A stretch of DNA of 64,000 nt, from contig OY968796.1 of the NCBI GenBank assembly GCA_963695545.1, positions 1,888,001 to 1,952,000 on the forward strand, in the 5' to 3' direction. Position 1 is the first letter of the stretch; the number at the start of each line of letters is the position of its first letter. The notes under the pieces are model-generated. The model was not told the origin of the DNA. It made no database searches and saw nothing but the letters and a program-made list of their open reading frames with translations. The stretch comes from Terriglobia bacterium (GTDB lineage: Bacteria > Acidobacteriota > Terriglobia > Acidiferrales > UBA7541). Positions 52,785 to 63,167 of this stretch are shown here, one piece after another. A program made the position numbers and the translations under genes.

Positions 52785-54693
52785 TTCGCGCCTCATCGAA
52801 ATAGGTTCGCAAAGGTGCGTAATACTGCATGTCGTAATAAAAACCGTCGAGCGTCACCGATCGCTCGAAATGCAGAGCGCCCGGCTCTTTGGTGCAGGAA
52901 AGCTGATAGGTGCCGAATGGCGTAGGGTGATTCACCGGCGCGGGAAGATCGTCGGCTTCGAGAAGCAGCGGGAGCGTCAGCGTGACGTCGTCGCGGTACT
53001 CCCAGGGGTAATCGAAATAGATCGGATAGACTCGCAATGGGTGATCGAAACGAGGCAAGCCCGCGTCGGAAAAGAAATTCTCCGACAGCAGAACGCGATG
53101 CCCCGCATTAGCGCCCACGGGCCGCGTCCGAACATCGAACTCCGCGCGGAGCGGATTGTCCGAGCCGGCCCAATCAGGCTGATTCGTCAGTGTGAGCGTG
53201 GCGCCGGCAGCGAGCCAAGAGGTGACTTCGTCCGTCAAGGTTTTCGCGCGGTCGGCGTCGTCTTGATCGTCCGCGTTCTGGCGCCGGGCCATGGCCTCTT
53301 GCCCGGAGAACACCACGACGAGCTTGCCTTTGAGCCAGCCGTCGTCTCCCATTTGCAGCGTCGCGGTGCGCTGGACGACGGCGTCGGAACTCTTTAGAGA
53401 TGTCGTGGTCACAAACGTTCCGCCCTTATCGTCCAATGCCAGCCCCTGCACTCCGGTTTCCGGCCATGGCAACTGGCCGAAGCCGCAGTGCGGCGCGGCG
53501 GGATCGAGAAAAAGATCCTGGCCGTTCAGCTTTACCAGAACCACGTCGCCATCCATTTGCCGCTCGTCGAGAATTCTCGGACTGAAGAAATACTGGGAGC
53601 GACCTGAGATTCTGACGGAGCTGGCGTCGAAGCCCGCGGCTCGCGCCAGCGCGATGAAGAACCAGTTGACGTCCGTGTCGTAGCCGTAGCCGTTCTTCAG
53701 CACGTCCTCGGCGGTCTTGTCGTCCTTCAGCTTCTCTGACTTGATCTCTTCCGCGGTTTTTTCCGGCTGGTTGGACAAATTGCGAATTTGCTGGGCTCGC
53801 GCGTAGAGCTTCCTGAGCCTGGTTTCCTGAGGATCGCTCGACGGGGCAACCTTGTCGGCTTCGTCGCGGACGGCGGAATTGTGCCCGACGAATTTTTCGG
53901 TTTCGTCGTACCATTCCTTTCCCTGTTTTTTCCAATATTTGTTCGGGTCCGTGGTTTGATCGTCGGTGTAGTAGAAATCGAACTTTCCCTGGATGGCGTC
54001 GTCCGGCGGCGCGAAATCTTCCGATTCGATGCCGGGCAGATTTTGCGCGTCGAGATGAACCAGATCGTCGGCGCCTCTCGTCGCGGTGACGTTGGGCGGA
54101 ACTCTTTGCGCCTGCATCATCAGCACGTAAGCTTCTTCATATCGTTTCAGCGTGCAATGCAATTGGCGCGTAAAAAGATCTTCGTTGACGTACCAGGTGG
54201 TCCGGAAAAGGAGCTGGGGATCCCACTCGACCCGGTATTTGTACTCGATGATACTCCCGGTTTCGACATCGGGCATATTGAACGTGCTCTCGAGCACTTT
54301 CACGCCGTGGGCGCGCACCACAATTTGGTCAAGAGCCTTGCCTTCCCACGGAACAATCGTGCCGTCCGGATGGATCGTGCGGCCGCGAATCATAGCCACG
54401 TGGTCGTACGCGCCGTTGTAGGCGATCTCCACGGCGCCGAACTTTTTGCCCGCGTCGGTGAGAATCTTGACGCGATAGTAGTAGTCCGCGGTTCCGCCAA
54501 GGTCGTCACCGACGACCTCGCGATAAAGGTAGATCGCGGAGGCGCCGGGAGCCAGGGGCTCCGACTTCATGGCCAGATCCGCCGGGTCGATCGGCTGCCA
54601 CTGGTCGCCGGTGGCGGCGCGGCCCGGCGCAGATCCGGCAATCGCCAACGTAGCCGCCAGCGCCGAGCAGAGGACAATCCGGTTAAGTGTCAT
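52720..54693 (-). CDS. DUF3857 / transglutaminase-like domain protein, catalytic residues apparently lost
   Basis: Signal peptide, RVKILT..G, GRTI.PDG, PDVE.GSIIEY, FLDP. Confidence 0.85.
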   Translation of the reverse strand: MTLNRIVLCSALAATLAIAGSAPGRAATGDQWQPIDPADLAMKSEPLAPGASAIYLYREVVGDDLGGTADYYYRVKILTDAGKKFGAVEIAYNGAYDHVAMIRGRTIHPDGTIVPWEGKALDQIVVRAHGVKVLESTFNMPDVETGSIIEYKYRVEWDPQLLFRTTWYVNEDLFTRQLHCTLKRYEEAYVLMMQAQRVPPNVTATRGADDLVHLDAQNLPGIESEDFAPPDDAIQGKFDFYYTDDQTTDPNKYWKKQGKEWYDETEKFVGHNSAVRDEADKVAPSSDPQETRLRKLYARAQQIRNLSNQPEKTAEEIKSEKLKDDKTAEDVLKNGYGYDTDVNWFFIALARAAGFDASSVRISGRSQYFFSPRILDERQMDGDVVLVKLNGQDLFLDPAAPHCGFGQLPWPETGVQGLALDDKGGTFVTTTSLKSSDAVVQRTATLQMGDDGWLKGKLVVVFSGQEAMARRQNADDQDDADRAKTLTDEVTSWLAAGATLTLTNQPDWAGSDNPLRAEFDVRTRPVGANAGHRVLLSENFFSDAGLPRFDHPLRVYPIYFDYPWEYRDDVTLTLPLLLEADDLPAPVNHPTPFGTYQLSCTKEPGALHFERSVTLDGFYYDMQYYAPLRTYFDEARNADQMQVMLEAAGAQGTQAKQ

Positions 54694-55053
54694 GGTTTCT
54701 GTCCTTTACAGTAGCAGTTCTCCGCGCGGGTGTCCCACGGCAACGGTCTGGGTGACCGGTGCTGCCGCTCGGAGGTGCGAAAGCCGGCGTTCATGTTCCC
54801 TGCCCGTCAAGGCCTAAACGTCAAATGGTGGGGGGAACCATAATCGCTCGTACCCTTCGTGTCAATGGTTCTGTGGTGCTGATGTGTAGCCGCATATACT
54901 CGCCTGGGAACTTCGGCGCCCGTTCTCCCGCACGCGATAATCGGTTGGCAATCCGCGCCGCTAATCCAGTATTCCGTGGCCGGATTCTGAGCCATAATGC
55001 CCGGCATCCCGATGCAATGTTCGGGGTCATGCGCTGGCGCGCGGGGGTGAGGT

Positions 55054-57228
55054 GTGGCAACCAAGCCGTGGAGTTCGACGGCACCGGCCGATGAATTCCG
55101 GCCGTACGTTCCGCCGGAAGCGAATCTGCCGGAGTTCACGCTTCGCGCGATCCTACTGGGCATTCTCGCCGGACTTTTCTTCGGCGCGGTCACCGTGTAC
55201 GTGGGCTTGCGCGCGGGGCTCACGGTTTCGGCTTCGATTCCCATCGCGGTGCTTTCGATCAGCATCCTGCGCGGCTTCGGCAAAGTCAGCATCCTCGAAA
55301 ACAATATTGTGCAGACGACCGGCTCGGCCGGCGAGTCCATTGCGGGCGGCGTGATTTTCACGCTGCCGGCGCTCATTTTTTTGGGCTATCCATTGCAATA
55401 TTGGAGCGTTTTTTTTCTCGCGCTGATCGGCGGCTGGCTGGGCGTGCTCTTCATGATTCCGCTTCGGCGGCAACTGATCGTCAAAGAGCACGGGAATCTT
55501 TTGTATCCGGAAGGCACTGCGTGCGCGGATGTGCTCGTCGCCGGCGATCGCGGCGGCTCGTTCGCCAGCCGCGTATTTTGGGGATTGGGACTCGGCGGAG
55601 CGTATTCGGTGCTGATGAACACGCTTAACGTGTGGCTCGACACGCCGACGTATAACCCGAAATGGCTGCCAGGCGCGTCGCTGCGCTCGAACATCACACC
55701 CGAATATCTCGGCGTGGGTTACATCATCGGTCCGCGCATCGCGGGAGTGATTCTTTCCGGCGGCGTTTTTTCCTGGCTGGTGCTGATGCCGGCGATCAAA
55801 TTCTTTGGCTCGCTTGCTCCGGGACTGGCGCTCTATCCCAGCACGGTTCCGATTCCGCTGATGACCTCCGACCAGTTGTGGGCGAGTTACGTTCGCCCGA
55901 TGGGCGCGGGCGCGGTGGCCGCGGCGGGCGTGATCACGCTTGCAAAAACCATGCCGACGATCTGGAGCGCGCTTGTGGCCGGCCTGAAAGATGTTCGCGA
56001 AGGCGGCAAATCCGAGGGCGCCGCGCGCGTGGTGAGCCGCACCGACCGCGATCTTTCCATGAAAGTCGTGGTGTTCGGATCGATCGCCGTGCTCGTAATG
56101 ATGTGGGCGCTTCTGACTTTCCGGCCGATTCCCGGCGCCCAGACTTCTTTCGTCGGCAATCTCGCCGCCGCGCTGTTTGTGGTGGTGTTCGGTTTTTTGT
56201 TCGTCACGGTGTCGTCGCGAATTTGCGGCCTGATCGGCAGCAGCTCGAATCCCATTAGCGGCATGGCCATCGCCACGTTGATGGCCACCTGCGCGATGTT
56301 TCTAGTGGCAGGTTGGACGCGCGGAAATTATGCCGTGCTCGCGCTGACCATCGGCGGAGTGGTCTGCGTGGCGTCCGCCAACGGCGGCGGCACTTCGCAA
56401 GACCTGAAGACCGGTTACCTTGTCGGCGCGACGCCGTCGAAACAGCAGCTCGCGCTGATCATCGGCGCGATGGCTTCGGTTTTCGCGATCGGCGGCACGT
56501 TGAAATTGATGAACGTGGGCTTGGCGGAATACAAGCCGGTCGAAATCGCGGTTGACGTCGCCAATTTACCCGCGGGCGCTCAGGTGGAAAATCAGAATTA
56601 CGCCTATCAGGGAAAATCGTACGTGTTGATCAACGCCATCGGTTCGCACGACGTGCCCGACGGAAAATATCTCTACGATCCCGCAACGCATAAGATCGAA
56701 ATTCAGTGGGTGCAGGGAATCGGAAGCGATAAGGCTGCGGCGCCGCAGGCGCGCCTGATGGCCACGGTGATCAATGGGATTCTGAATCACCAATTGCCCT
56801 GGCGCCTGGTGCTGCTCGGCGTGTTCCTTGTGATCACGGTTGAATTGCTCGGCGTGCGCTCGCTGCCGTTCGCGGTAGGCTCGTATCTTTCGATCGCGAC
56901 AACTTCCGCAATTTTCGCGGGTGGTTTGGTTCGCTGGCTCGCCGAACGCGGCCGGAATACCGACAAGCGCCAGGGCGAAGGCGAAACTGGCCCCGGCCCT
57001 CTTTATGCCAGCGGCTTGATCGCCGGCGGCGGAATTTTCGGATTGTTCGGAATCGTGATCGCGCTGCTTGAAGACTCGGAATTTAAATACCACATCTTCC
57101 GGCCCGGTCTGTTTCAGATCGGGCCGCGAATTGCGCCATTCCTCGCGGCGAGCCATGTGTTTGCGCTGAGCATGTTCGCGCTGCTGATGGCCTCGCAATT
57201 TTATTTCGCGCGCAAGAAGATGAATTAA
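55054..57228 (+). CDS. OPT family oligopeptide transporter
   Basis: EFTLRA, TVSASIP, ENNIVQT, YPEGTACA, SQDLKTG, APQA.LM. Confidence 0.93.
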   Translation: MATKPWSSTAPADEFRPYVPPEANLPEFTLRAILLGILAGLFFGAVTVYVGLRAGLTVSASIPIAVLSISILRGFGKVSILENNIVQTTGSAGESIAGGVIFTLPALIFLGYPLQYWSVFFLALIGGWLGVLFMIPLRRQLIVKEHGNLLYPEGTACADVLVAGDRGGSFASRVFWGLGLGGAYSVLMNTLNVWLDTPTYNPKWLPGASLRSNITPEYLGVGYIIGPRIAGVILSGGVFSWLVLMPAIKFFGSLAPGLALYPSTVPIPLMTSDQLWASYVRPMGAGAVAAAGVITLAKTMPTIWSALVAGLKDVREGGKSEGAARVVSRTDRDLSMKVVVFGSIAVLVMMWALLTFRPIPGAQTSFVGNLAAALFVVVFGFLFVTVSSRICGLIGSSSNPISGMAIATLMATCAMFLVAGWTRGNYAVLALTIGGVVCVASANGGGTSQDLKTGYLVGATPSKQQLALIIGAMASVFAIGGTLKLMNVGLAEYKPVEIAVDVANLPAGAQVENQNYAYQGKSYVLINAIGSHDVPDGKYLYDPATHKIEIQWVQGIGSDKAAAPQARLMATVINGILNHQLPWRLVLLGVFLVITVELLGVRSLPFAVGSYLSIATTSAIFAGGLVRWLAERGRNTDKRQGEGETGPGPLYASGLIAGGGIFGLFGIVIALLEDSEFKYHIFRPGLFQIGPRIAPFLAASHVFALSMFALLMASQFYFARKKMN

Positions 57229-57257
57229 TTCGCCGCGCGGCGCCGGGCGAAGGCAGG

Positions 57258-57920
57258 TTGCTAATCGTAGCCAGCCAGGACAAAGCGGAAATAGGCGGAC
57301 TGACCAAGAACCGCGTCGAGACGCTCACCGACGGCGTCTTTGCCATCGCCATGACGTTGATGGTTTTCACGATTCGTGTTCCGCAACTCGAGGGCGGCGC
57401 CGTTTCGCAGCTATCGCACCGGCTGCTCGAGCTCTGGCCCACTTTTTTCATCTATGGCGTCACTTTCGCGGTGCTGGGAATTTTCTGGGTCGCGCACCAC
57501 ACTCATTTCTATTTCGTGCGCCACATCGATCGAAATTCGATCTGGATCAACATGACGTTTTTGCTGTTCATCACCACATTCCCGTTTTCAGCGTCGTTGT
57601 TGGGCGCTTATCCGGGGCAGCGCGTGGCGGTAATTTGTTACGGCGTCAATCTGTCTCTGGCCGCGCTTCTGCTTTTCTGCCATTTGAAATACGCGACCGG
57701 CCGCGGCCGATTGACGGGCCCCGAGAAGGACGAAAAAGGTCTGCGCCTGGCTAAGCAGCGGTTGCTCGCGTGTCCGTTTTTGTGCGGCGTTTCGATTGTG
57801 CTTTCGTTTTTCCACCCGCTTATCGCCAGCATGCTCTACTTGGTGATTCCCGTGATGTACATCATTCCGGGTCGCGTGGACCGTTACTTCGCCGATGTGC
57901 TTGCGGGCCGCGCCGGTTAG
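57258..57920 (+). CDS. TMEM175 family potassium channel-like protein
   Basis: RVETLTDGVFAIAMTL, FW..HH..F. Confidence 0.85.
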   Translation: MLIVASQDKAEIGGLTKNRVETLTDGVFAIAMTLMVFTIRVPQLEGGAVSQLSHRLLELWPTFFIYGVTFAVLGIFWVAHHTHFYFVRHIDRNSIWINMTFLLFITTFPFSASLLGAYPGQRVAVICYGVNLSLAALLLFCHLKYATGRGRLTGPEKDEKGLRLAKQRLLACPFLCGVSIVLSFFHPLIASMLYLVIPVMYIIPGRVDRYFADVLAGRAG

Positions 57921-57962
57921 AGGACTTTGACTCCCGGAGTTCCGGCCCTTAGACTGAGGACG

Positions 57963-58742
57963 ATGGACTCTTCCGCACGCTCGTACCGCTTCCGCACCAA
58001 TTGGAAAGGATTTGTCACTCCCGCGATCAAGGCGATCGTGTTGATTTGCACCGGCGTCTTCCTGGCCCAGACGTTGGTGCAATTGTTTTGTCCTCCGGCG
58101 ATAACGGGCTACGTGAACCATTCGCTGGGACTCGCCCCGTATTACGTGACGCACCGCGGATGGATCTGGCAGCCACTGACTTACATTTTTCTGCACGGCG
58201 GAATCTGGCACATTCTCCTCAACATGCTTTTCCTGTGGATGTTTGGAGTCGATCTCGAACGCGCTTGGGGAACGCGCCGCTTCTGGAATTATTTTTTGGT
58301 GACCGGCATCGGCGCCGGCGTCATAAACATTCTGGTGAAAACGGCGCTCGATCCACACGGACTGGGGATGTCGCTTGTGCCGACCATCGGCGCTTCTGGC
58401 GCGATATATGGCGTGTTGGTCGCCGCGGCGGTGATGTTCCCGGATCGGCAGGTGTGGCTGATTCCGTTTCCCGTGCAGATTCCGATGCGCATCTATGTGA
58501 TCGCGGCCGTGGCCATCGAATTTTTCTTCACGCTGGGAGCCGGAGGAGACAACGTCAGCCATGTGACGCATCTGGGCGGAGCGCTGGTGGGATACATTTA
58601 TTTGCGGCGCGGATCGTTCATGTTTCGCGCGCGCAATGGATATCTCGATTGGAAGCGCAAGCGCGCGCGGCGCAAGTTCGAGGTTTACGTGCGCGATCAC
58701 CACGACGAGCCGCCTTCGCGGCCGGATAACTGGGTCAATTAA
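57963..58742 (+). CDS. Rhomboid family intramembrane serine protease
   Basis: WQPLTYIFLH, HILLNM, IGASGA, THLGG. Confidence 0.92.
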   Translation: MDSSARSYRFRTNWKGFVTPAIKAIVLICTGVFLAQTLVQLFCPPAITGYVNHSLGLAPYYVTHRGWIWQPLTYIFLHGGIWHILLNMLFLWMFGVDLERAWGTRRFWNYFLVTGIGAGVINILVKTALDPHGLGMSLVPTIGASGAIYGVLVAAAVMFPDRQVWLIPFPVQIPMRIYVIAAVAIEFFFTLGAGGDNVSHVTHLGGALVGYIYLRRGSFMFRARNGYLDWKRKRARRKFEVYVRDHHDEPPSRPDNWVN

Positions 58743-58779
58743 GAAGCCGTGCGCAGGATTCCTCGCAGAACTTCGCTGC

Positions 58780-60234
58780 TTAGGCCGTGCCGCCGTTGCC
58801 CGTCGCACTTCCGTTCACGGGTGTGCCGACCACGTGGAATTTCATGAAGTTCGTCGTGCCGCCGACGTTGAATGGCGTACCCGCGACGATCCCAATGACG
58901 TCGCCGTTGCGTACAAGACCCTCCTCGAGCAGGCGACGCTCGGCCATTTCTTCGAGATCTTCCAGGCTGCGAATGGCGCCAATCGTCCGCGGCATCACTC
59001 CCCAATAAAGTGACATCATGCGGCGGGTCGCTTGCACCGGCGAAAAAGCCACTACGGGCGGCCGCGGGCGGTGCTTTGAAACCAGGCGGGCGGTCGGCCC
59101 GGTCTGCGTGAAGACGGCGATCACTTTCATCTGCAGTTCTTCGGAGGCGTGGCAGATCAGCTCGGCCGTGGTCTCGGCAACGTCGAGTCTGTGGGGAGCG
59201 GGCCGGGGGTAATGTTCGATATTGGCTTCGGCCTCGGTGATGATGCGGTCCATCATCTCGACCGCCTCGACTGGATAACGGCCGCTGGCGGTTTCGGCCG
59301 ACAGCATCAACGCATCGGTGCCGTCGAAGACGGCGTTGGCAACGTCAGACGCCTCGGCGCGCGTGGGGCGCGGATTCTCAATCATGGATTCGAGCATTTG
59401 CGTCGCCGTGATTACCGGGCGGCGGGCGTCGCGCGCGCGGGCGATCACCATTTTTTGCACCACCGGCACGCGCTCCGGGCTCATTTCCACGCCCAGATCT
59501 CCGCGCGCGACCATCACGGCGTCGGCCAGCGTCAGGATTTCATCGAGGTTTTCGATGGCCTCGGGCTTTTCGAGTTTCACGATGATCGGAGTTTTCGAGC
59601 CGGCCCGCGTGATGGCGGCGCGCACCGTGCGCACGTCGTCGCCGCGGCGAATAAAACTGACGGCGATATAATTCGCGCCGTGTTCGAGCGCGAACTTCAA
59701 ATCTTCGCGATCTTTCGACGTCAGCGCCGGCACGCGCAGATGCACGCCCGGCAAATTGATGCCTTTATGTTCGCCGAGCTCGCCTCCGTTTGAGACTTCG
59801 CAGACGATCTCGGTCTGCCCGGCCGATTTCACGCGCAGCTCGATCAAACCGTCGGCCAGCAGGATGCGGTCGCCGCGCTTCACTTCGCGCGGCAGGCGAC
59901 GGTAGCTTGTCGAAACACCGAGGCTCGTGCCCACTTCGCCGCCGGTCGAAATCGTGAATCGTTGACCGGATCGCAACTGCACGGGCTTTCCTTCCACGAG
60001 CAGGCCCGTGCGGATTTTCGGACCTTGCAGATCGGCGACGAGAGCAATCGGTTTTTGCAGTTTCGCCGAAGCTTGGCGGAGCCGCCCGATCAATTCTGCG
60101 TGGCGCTCGTGATTGCCGTGCGAGAAATTCACGCGTGCCACGTCCATCCCCGCGCGCATCAGGCTGGTGATCATGGGCAGAGAATCGCTTGCGGGACCTA
60201 GCGTGCAGACAATTTTTGCGTGCCGGAATTTCAT
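58780..60234 (-). CDS. pyk: Pyruvate kinase
   Basis: KIVCTLGPAS, RVNFSHG, DLQGPKIR, MVARGDLGVE, ATQMLESM. Confidence 0.97.
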   Translation of the reverse strand: MKFRHAKIVCTLGPASDSLPMITSLMRAGMDVARVNFSHGNHERHAELIGRLRQASAKLQKPIALVADLQGPKIRTGLLVEGKPVQLRSGQRFTISTGGEVGTSLGVSTSYRRLPREVKRGDRILLADGLIELRVKSAGQTEIVCEVSNGGELGEHKGINLPGVHLRVPALTSKDREDLKFALEHGANYIAVSFIRRGDDVRTVRAAITRAGSKTPIIVKLEKPEAIENLDEILTLADAVMVARGDLGVEMSPERVPVVQKMVIARARDARRPVITATQMLESMIENPRPTRAEASDVANAVFDGTDALMLSAETASGRYPVEAVEMMDRIITEAEANIEHYPRPAPHRLDVAETTAELICHASEELQMKVIAVFTQTGPTARLVSKHRPRPPVVAFSPVQATRRMMSLYWGVMPRTIGAIRSLEDLEEMAERRLLEEGLVRNGDVIGIVAGTPFNVGGTTNFMKFHVVGTPVNGSATGNGGTA

Positions 60235-60284
60235 GGGCCTCCCCTGATACCCGAGGCGCTAGCCGGCCGGCGGCAGGCGGCTGG

Positions 60285-61757
60285 CTATTGCGCTTGAACG
60301 AAGCTGCTGACCACGTGATACAAAAACGCGACGCCGGTCGGAATGCTCGCGAGCGGAATTCGCTCGTCATCGGCATGCATTCGCGAATCGTCCGCATCCG
60401 TCAGCGGAAATGGCAGCAGGCCGAAGGCCTGCACGTTGTGCAGCCGCAGTTGAGCGGAATCGGTGGCGCCGGTCGAAAGCTCGGGCACGACGACCGCGCC
60501 GGGAAAATCCTGCGGCGCGACGCGCTCGATGGTCTTATACAGCGGCGAATCGAGTGACGATGACGGCGCGTTTTCGCCGGAATCCGCAGCAATGTCGAAA
60601 TGAATCTGCGGATCGGCCACAACTTTGGTGAGTTGCGCGATGATGTCGTGAATTGAATCGCCGGGCATTAGGCGGATATTCAGGTTGGCGTGCGCCTCGG
60701 AAGGAATCACGTTCACGCGAACGCCCGCGGCGAGCATCGTCGGCACGATGGTATCGTGGAGCATCGCGCCCCAGGCCGGATTCATATCGCCCAAGTGATG
60801 CATGGCCAATTCCAGGCGCTCCGGTTCGTCGATCGCGCGCATCCATTTCCCGGTTTCGTCGTCTTCGATCGGCGCGAGTCCCTCGAAATAGCGCAGCGTG
60901 ACCGCGGTCGGTTCGGGCGGCATCTCGAAAGCGCCAATCTTCGTGATCGCGGCGGAAAGATGCACGACGGCGTTATCGGGAAGCGGCCGCGAGGCATGGC
61001 CCGAAGTGCCGAGCGCGGTCACCGTAACGTTGTACGGAACTTTTTCGCTCGACTGCACGGCCACGTATTTCACTTTGCCGTCCACCAGCGTCACCAGGCC
61101 GCCTTCATTCAGCGCGAAGCCGCACGCGAATTTGTCCCAGTATTTCGCGATCACCGGCTTGATGCTGGCATCGCCGCCCTGTTCTTCGTCGTCGTCCGCC
61201 AGGAATACGAGGTCGCGGCCGAGACGCATTCCCGATCGCTTGATGGCGATAAAAACCGCCAGGTTCGCGGCCACCATGCCTTTGTCGTCGATCGCGCCGC
61301 GGCCGTAGAGATAACCGTCACGCGTTACGGCCGCGAACGGGTCCACACTCCATTTGCTCGCGTCTACGCCGACCACGTCCAAGTGGCCCAGCAAAAGCAG
61401 CGCTTGCGAGGAATCCGCGATGGCTCCGGCTTGCAGGCGCGCGACCACGATTCCGCGCCCCGGCGCGACTTCGATCACTTCCGCGGCAATGCCTTCTTTT
61501 TCCAGCACGCCGGCGATGTATTTCGCGGCAGGCAATTCGTTGCCGGGCGGGTTGGTGGTGTTGATGCGAATCAAATCCGTCAGCCAGCCGGTGGTTTCCT
61601 GGGCCAGCGCGTTCAAATCCACGCCGGGCGAGAGCGGAGCTTGCGCGGCAGGCGACGCTAGAACAGGATGCTGCTGCGCGCGCAGTGGCGATCCTTCAAC
61701 GAGGACGATCGCCATAATCAATGCGAGTACAATCCAACCCCGAACGCGAAGATTCAT
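60285..61757 (-). CDS. M20/M25/M40 family metallopeptidase, exported
   Basis: Signal peptide, GHLDVV, GRGAIDDKG, DEE, NEGG, HADDER. Confidence 0.9.
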   Translation of the reverse strand: MNLRVRGWIVLALIMAIVLVEGSPLRAQQHPVLASPAAQAPLSPGVDLNALAQETTGWLTDLIRINTTNPPGNELPAAKYIAGVLEKEGIAAEVIEVAPGRGIVVARLQAGAIADSSQALLLLGHLDVVGVDASKWSVDPFAAVTRDGYLYGRGAIDDKGMVAANLAVFIAIKRSGMRLGRDLVFLADDDEEQGGDASIKPVIAKYWDKFACGFALNEGGLVTLVDGKVKYVAVQSSEKVPYNVTVTALGTSGHASRPLPDNAVVHLSAAITKIGAFEMPPEPTAVTLRYFEGLAPIEDDETGKWMRAIDEPERLELAMHHLGDMNPAWGAMLHDTIVPTMLAAGVRVNVIPSEAHANLNIRLMPGDSIHDIIAQLTKVVADPQIHFDIAADSGENAPSSSLDSPLYKTIERVAPQDFPGAVVVPELSTGATDSAQLRLHNVQAFGLLPFPLTDADDSRMHADDERIPLASIPTGVAFLYHVVSSFVQAQ

Positions 61758-61982
61758 GCAGCTCTCCTGTATCGGATAACCTGCGGGCTCAACGCGGCGC
61801 CATTTCTCAACGCGGAGCTATTAATCGTAACACGACTCGCGCGCGCCCGGTCCGCGATCGTCCGGCGCGTGGACCAGAAATGAACGTCCTGGAAGCGCCC
61901 CGAAATTGAACATCCCGAGGTTTCGTGGCAGCATCTCATCGTTCCGGGAAGCCACGGGTCAGGCGCGGAGGAGGCACCACCG

Positions 61983-63116
61983 ATGTCATCGATTTCCGCC
62001 ATTATTCGCAGCGCATTTTTGGGCATATTGATCAGCACGTTTTTAATTCCCGCAGGCGAACTCACCGCGCTCGCGCAGGAATCGGGCCCCGTGCAGCCGA
62101 CTCAGCCGACGCAGCAGCAGCCCGCGCAGGAAGCGCCCGCGCCGCAAGCGCAGCCGCCTGCCGCGTCATCGGGCGCCGAGCAGCAAACTCCGGCGCAGCA
62201 AGCGCCGCCGAATGGATACTCGATTTCGGTGACGGTGCCGGAAGTCAACGTGGACGTAGTGGTGACGGACAATAACGGCACGTACTTGCCCGGCCTGAAA
62301 AAAGAAAATTTCCGCGTGTTCGAGGACAACGTGCCGCAGACGATCACGAGCTTTGCGCCCACCGAAGCGCCGATCACCATCGTGCTGCTGGTGGAATTCA
62401 GCACGCTGGGCGGCGGATTCTTCTTTTACAACGGCAGAAATTGGGCCGCCGAATTTTTGGGATTGCTGCGTCCGAACGATTGGGTGGCGCTCGAAGATTA
62501 TTCGATGCAAACCCACGTTGACGTGGATTTCACGCACAACACCAACGAAATCATGCAGTCACTTTCCACCATGATCTTTCCACCGTTCCACGAAGCCAAC
62601 ATGTTCGACGCGCTTTCGGACACGATCGATCGGCTGCGCGACGTGAAGGGCAAGAAGGCCATCCTTCTGCTCGGCACGGGAATCGACACCTTCAGCAAAT
62701 TGACGCTCGACAAAATTATGGCCGAGCTGAAGGAAACCGACGTTTCCATCTACTTCGTCAGCACCGCGGGCGCGAACACGTTTCAGGGCCAGCCGACCAG
62801 CATGACGTTTCTGCAGGCGCAGAACGAACTGAATACTTTCGCCAAACTAACCGGCGGGCGCGCCTGGTTCCCGAACTTCGAGGGCGAAATCCCCGATATT
62901 TTCAAGGACGTCGCGGCGAGCTTGCGCAGCCAGTACACCATGTCCTACATCCCGTCGAACAAAGCGCTCGACGGAAAATATCGCAAGATCAGAATCGACC
63001 TGACCGCGCCGGATGGCGGGCCGCTCACCGTGCTCGATCAAAAGGGCAAGAAAGTTAAGTTCTACGTCTACGCGCGCCAGGGTTACGTGGCGCCGAAATC
63101 GAATATTCCGGATTAG
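61983..63116 (+). CDS. VWA domain protein (acidobacterial VWFA type)
   Basis: VNVDVVVTD..G.Y..GL..ENF.VFED, KKAILL, TGGRAWFP, LRSQY...Y.P.N, ARQGY. Confidence 0.88.
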   Translation: MSSISAIIRSAFLGILISTFLIPAGELTALAQESGPVQPTQPTQQQPAQEAPAPQAQPPAASSGAEQQTPAQQAPPNGYSISVTVPEVNVDVVVTDNNGTYLPGLKKENFRVFEDNVPQTITSFAPTEAPITIVLLVEFSTLGGGFFFYNGRNWAAEFLGLLRPNDWVALEDYSMQTHVDVDFTHNTNEIMQSLSTMIFPPFHEANMFDALSDTIDRLRDVKGKKAILLLGTGIDTFSKLTLDKIMAELKETDVSIYFVSTAGANTFQGQPTSMTFLQAQNELNTFAKLTGGRAWFPNFEGEIPDIFKDVAASLRSQYTMSYIPSNKALDGKYRKIRIDLTAPDGGPLTVLDQKGKKVKFYVYARQGYVAPKSNIPD

Positions 63117-63167
63117 CGCCTCGCGCCGGAGATCGCGGGCGCGTCCAACCGCTTTGCGCAATCTCTG

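Noticed and set aside
54694..55053. 360-bp divergent intergenic region as a riboswitch
   Set aside because: No recognisable aptamer motif on either strand; consistent with two divergent promoters
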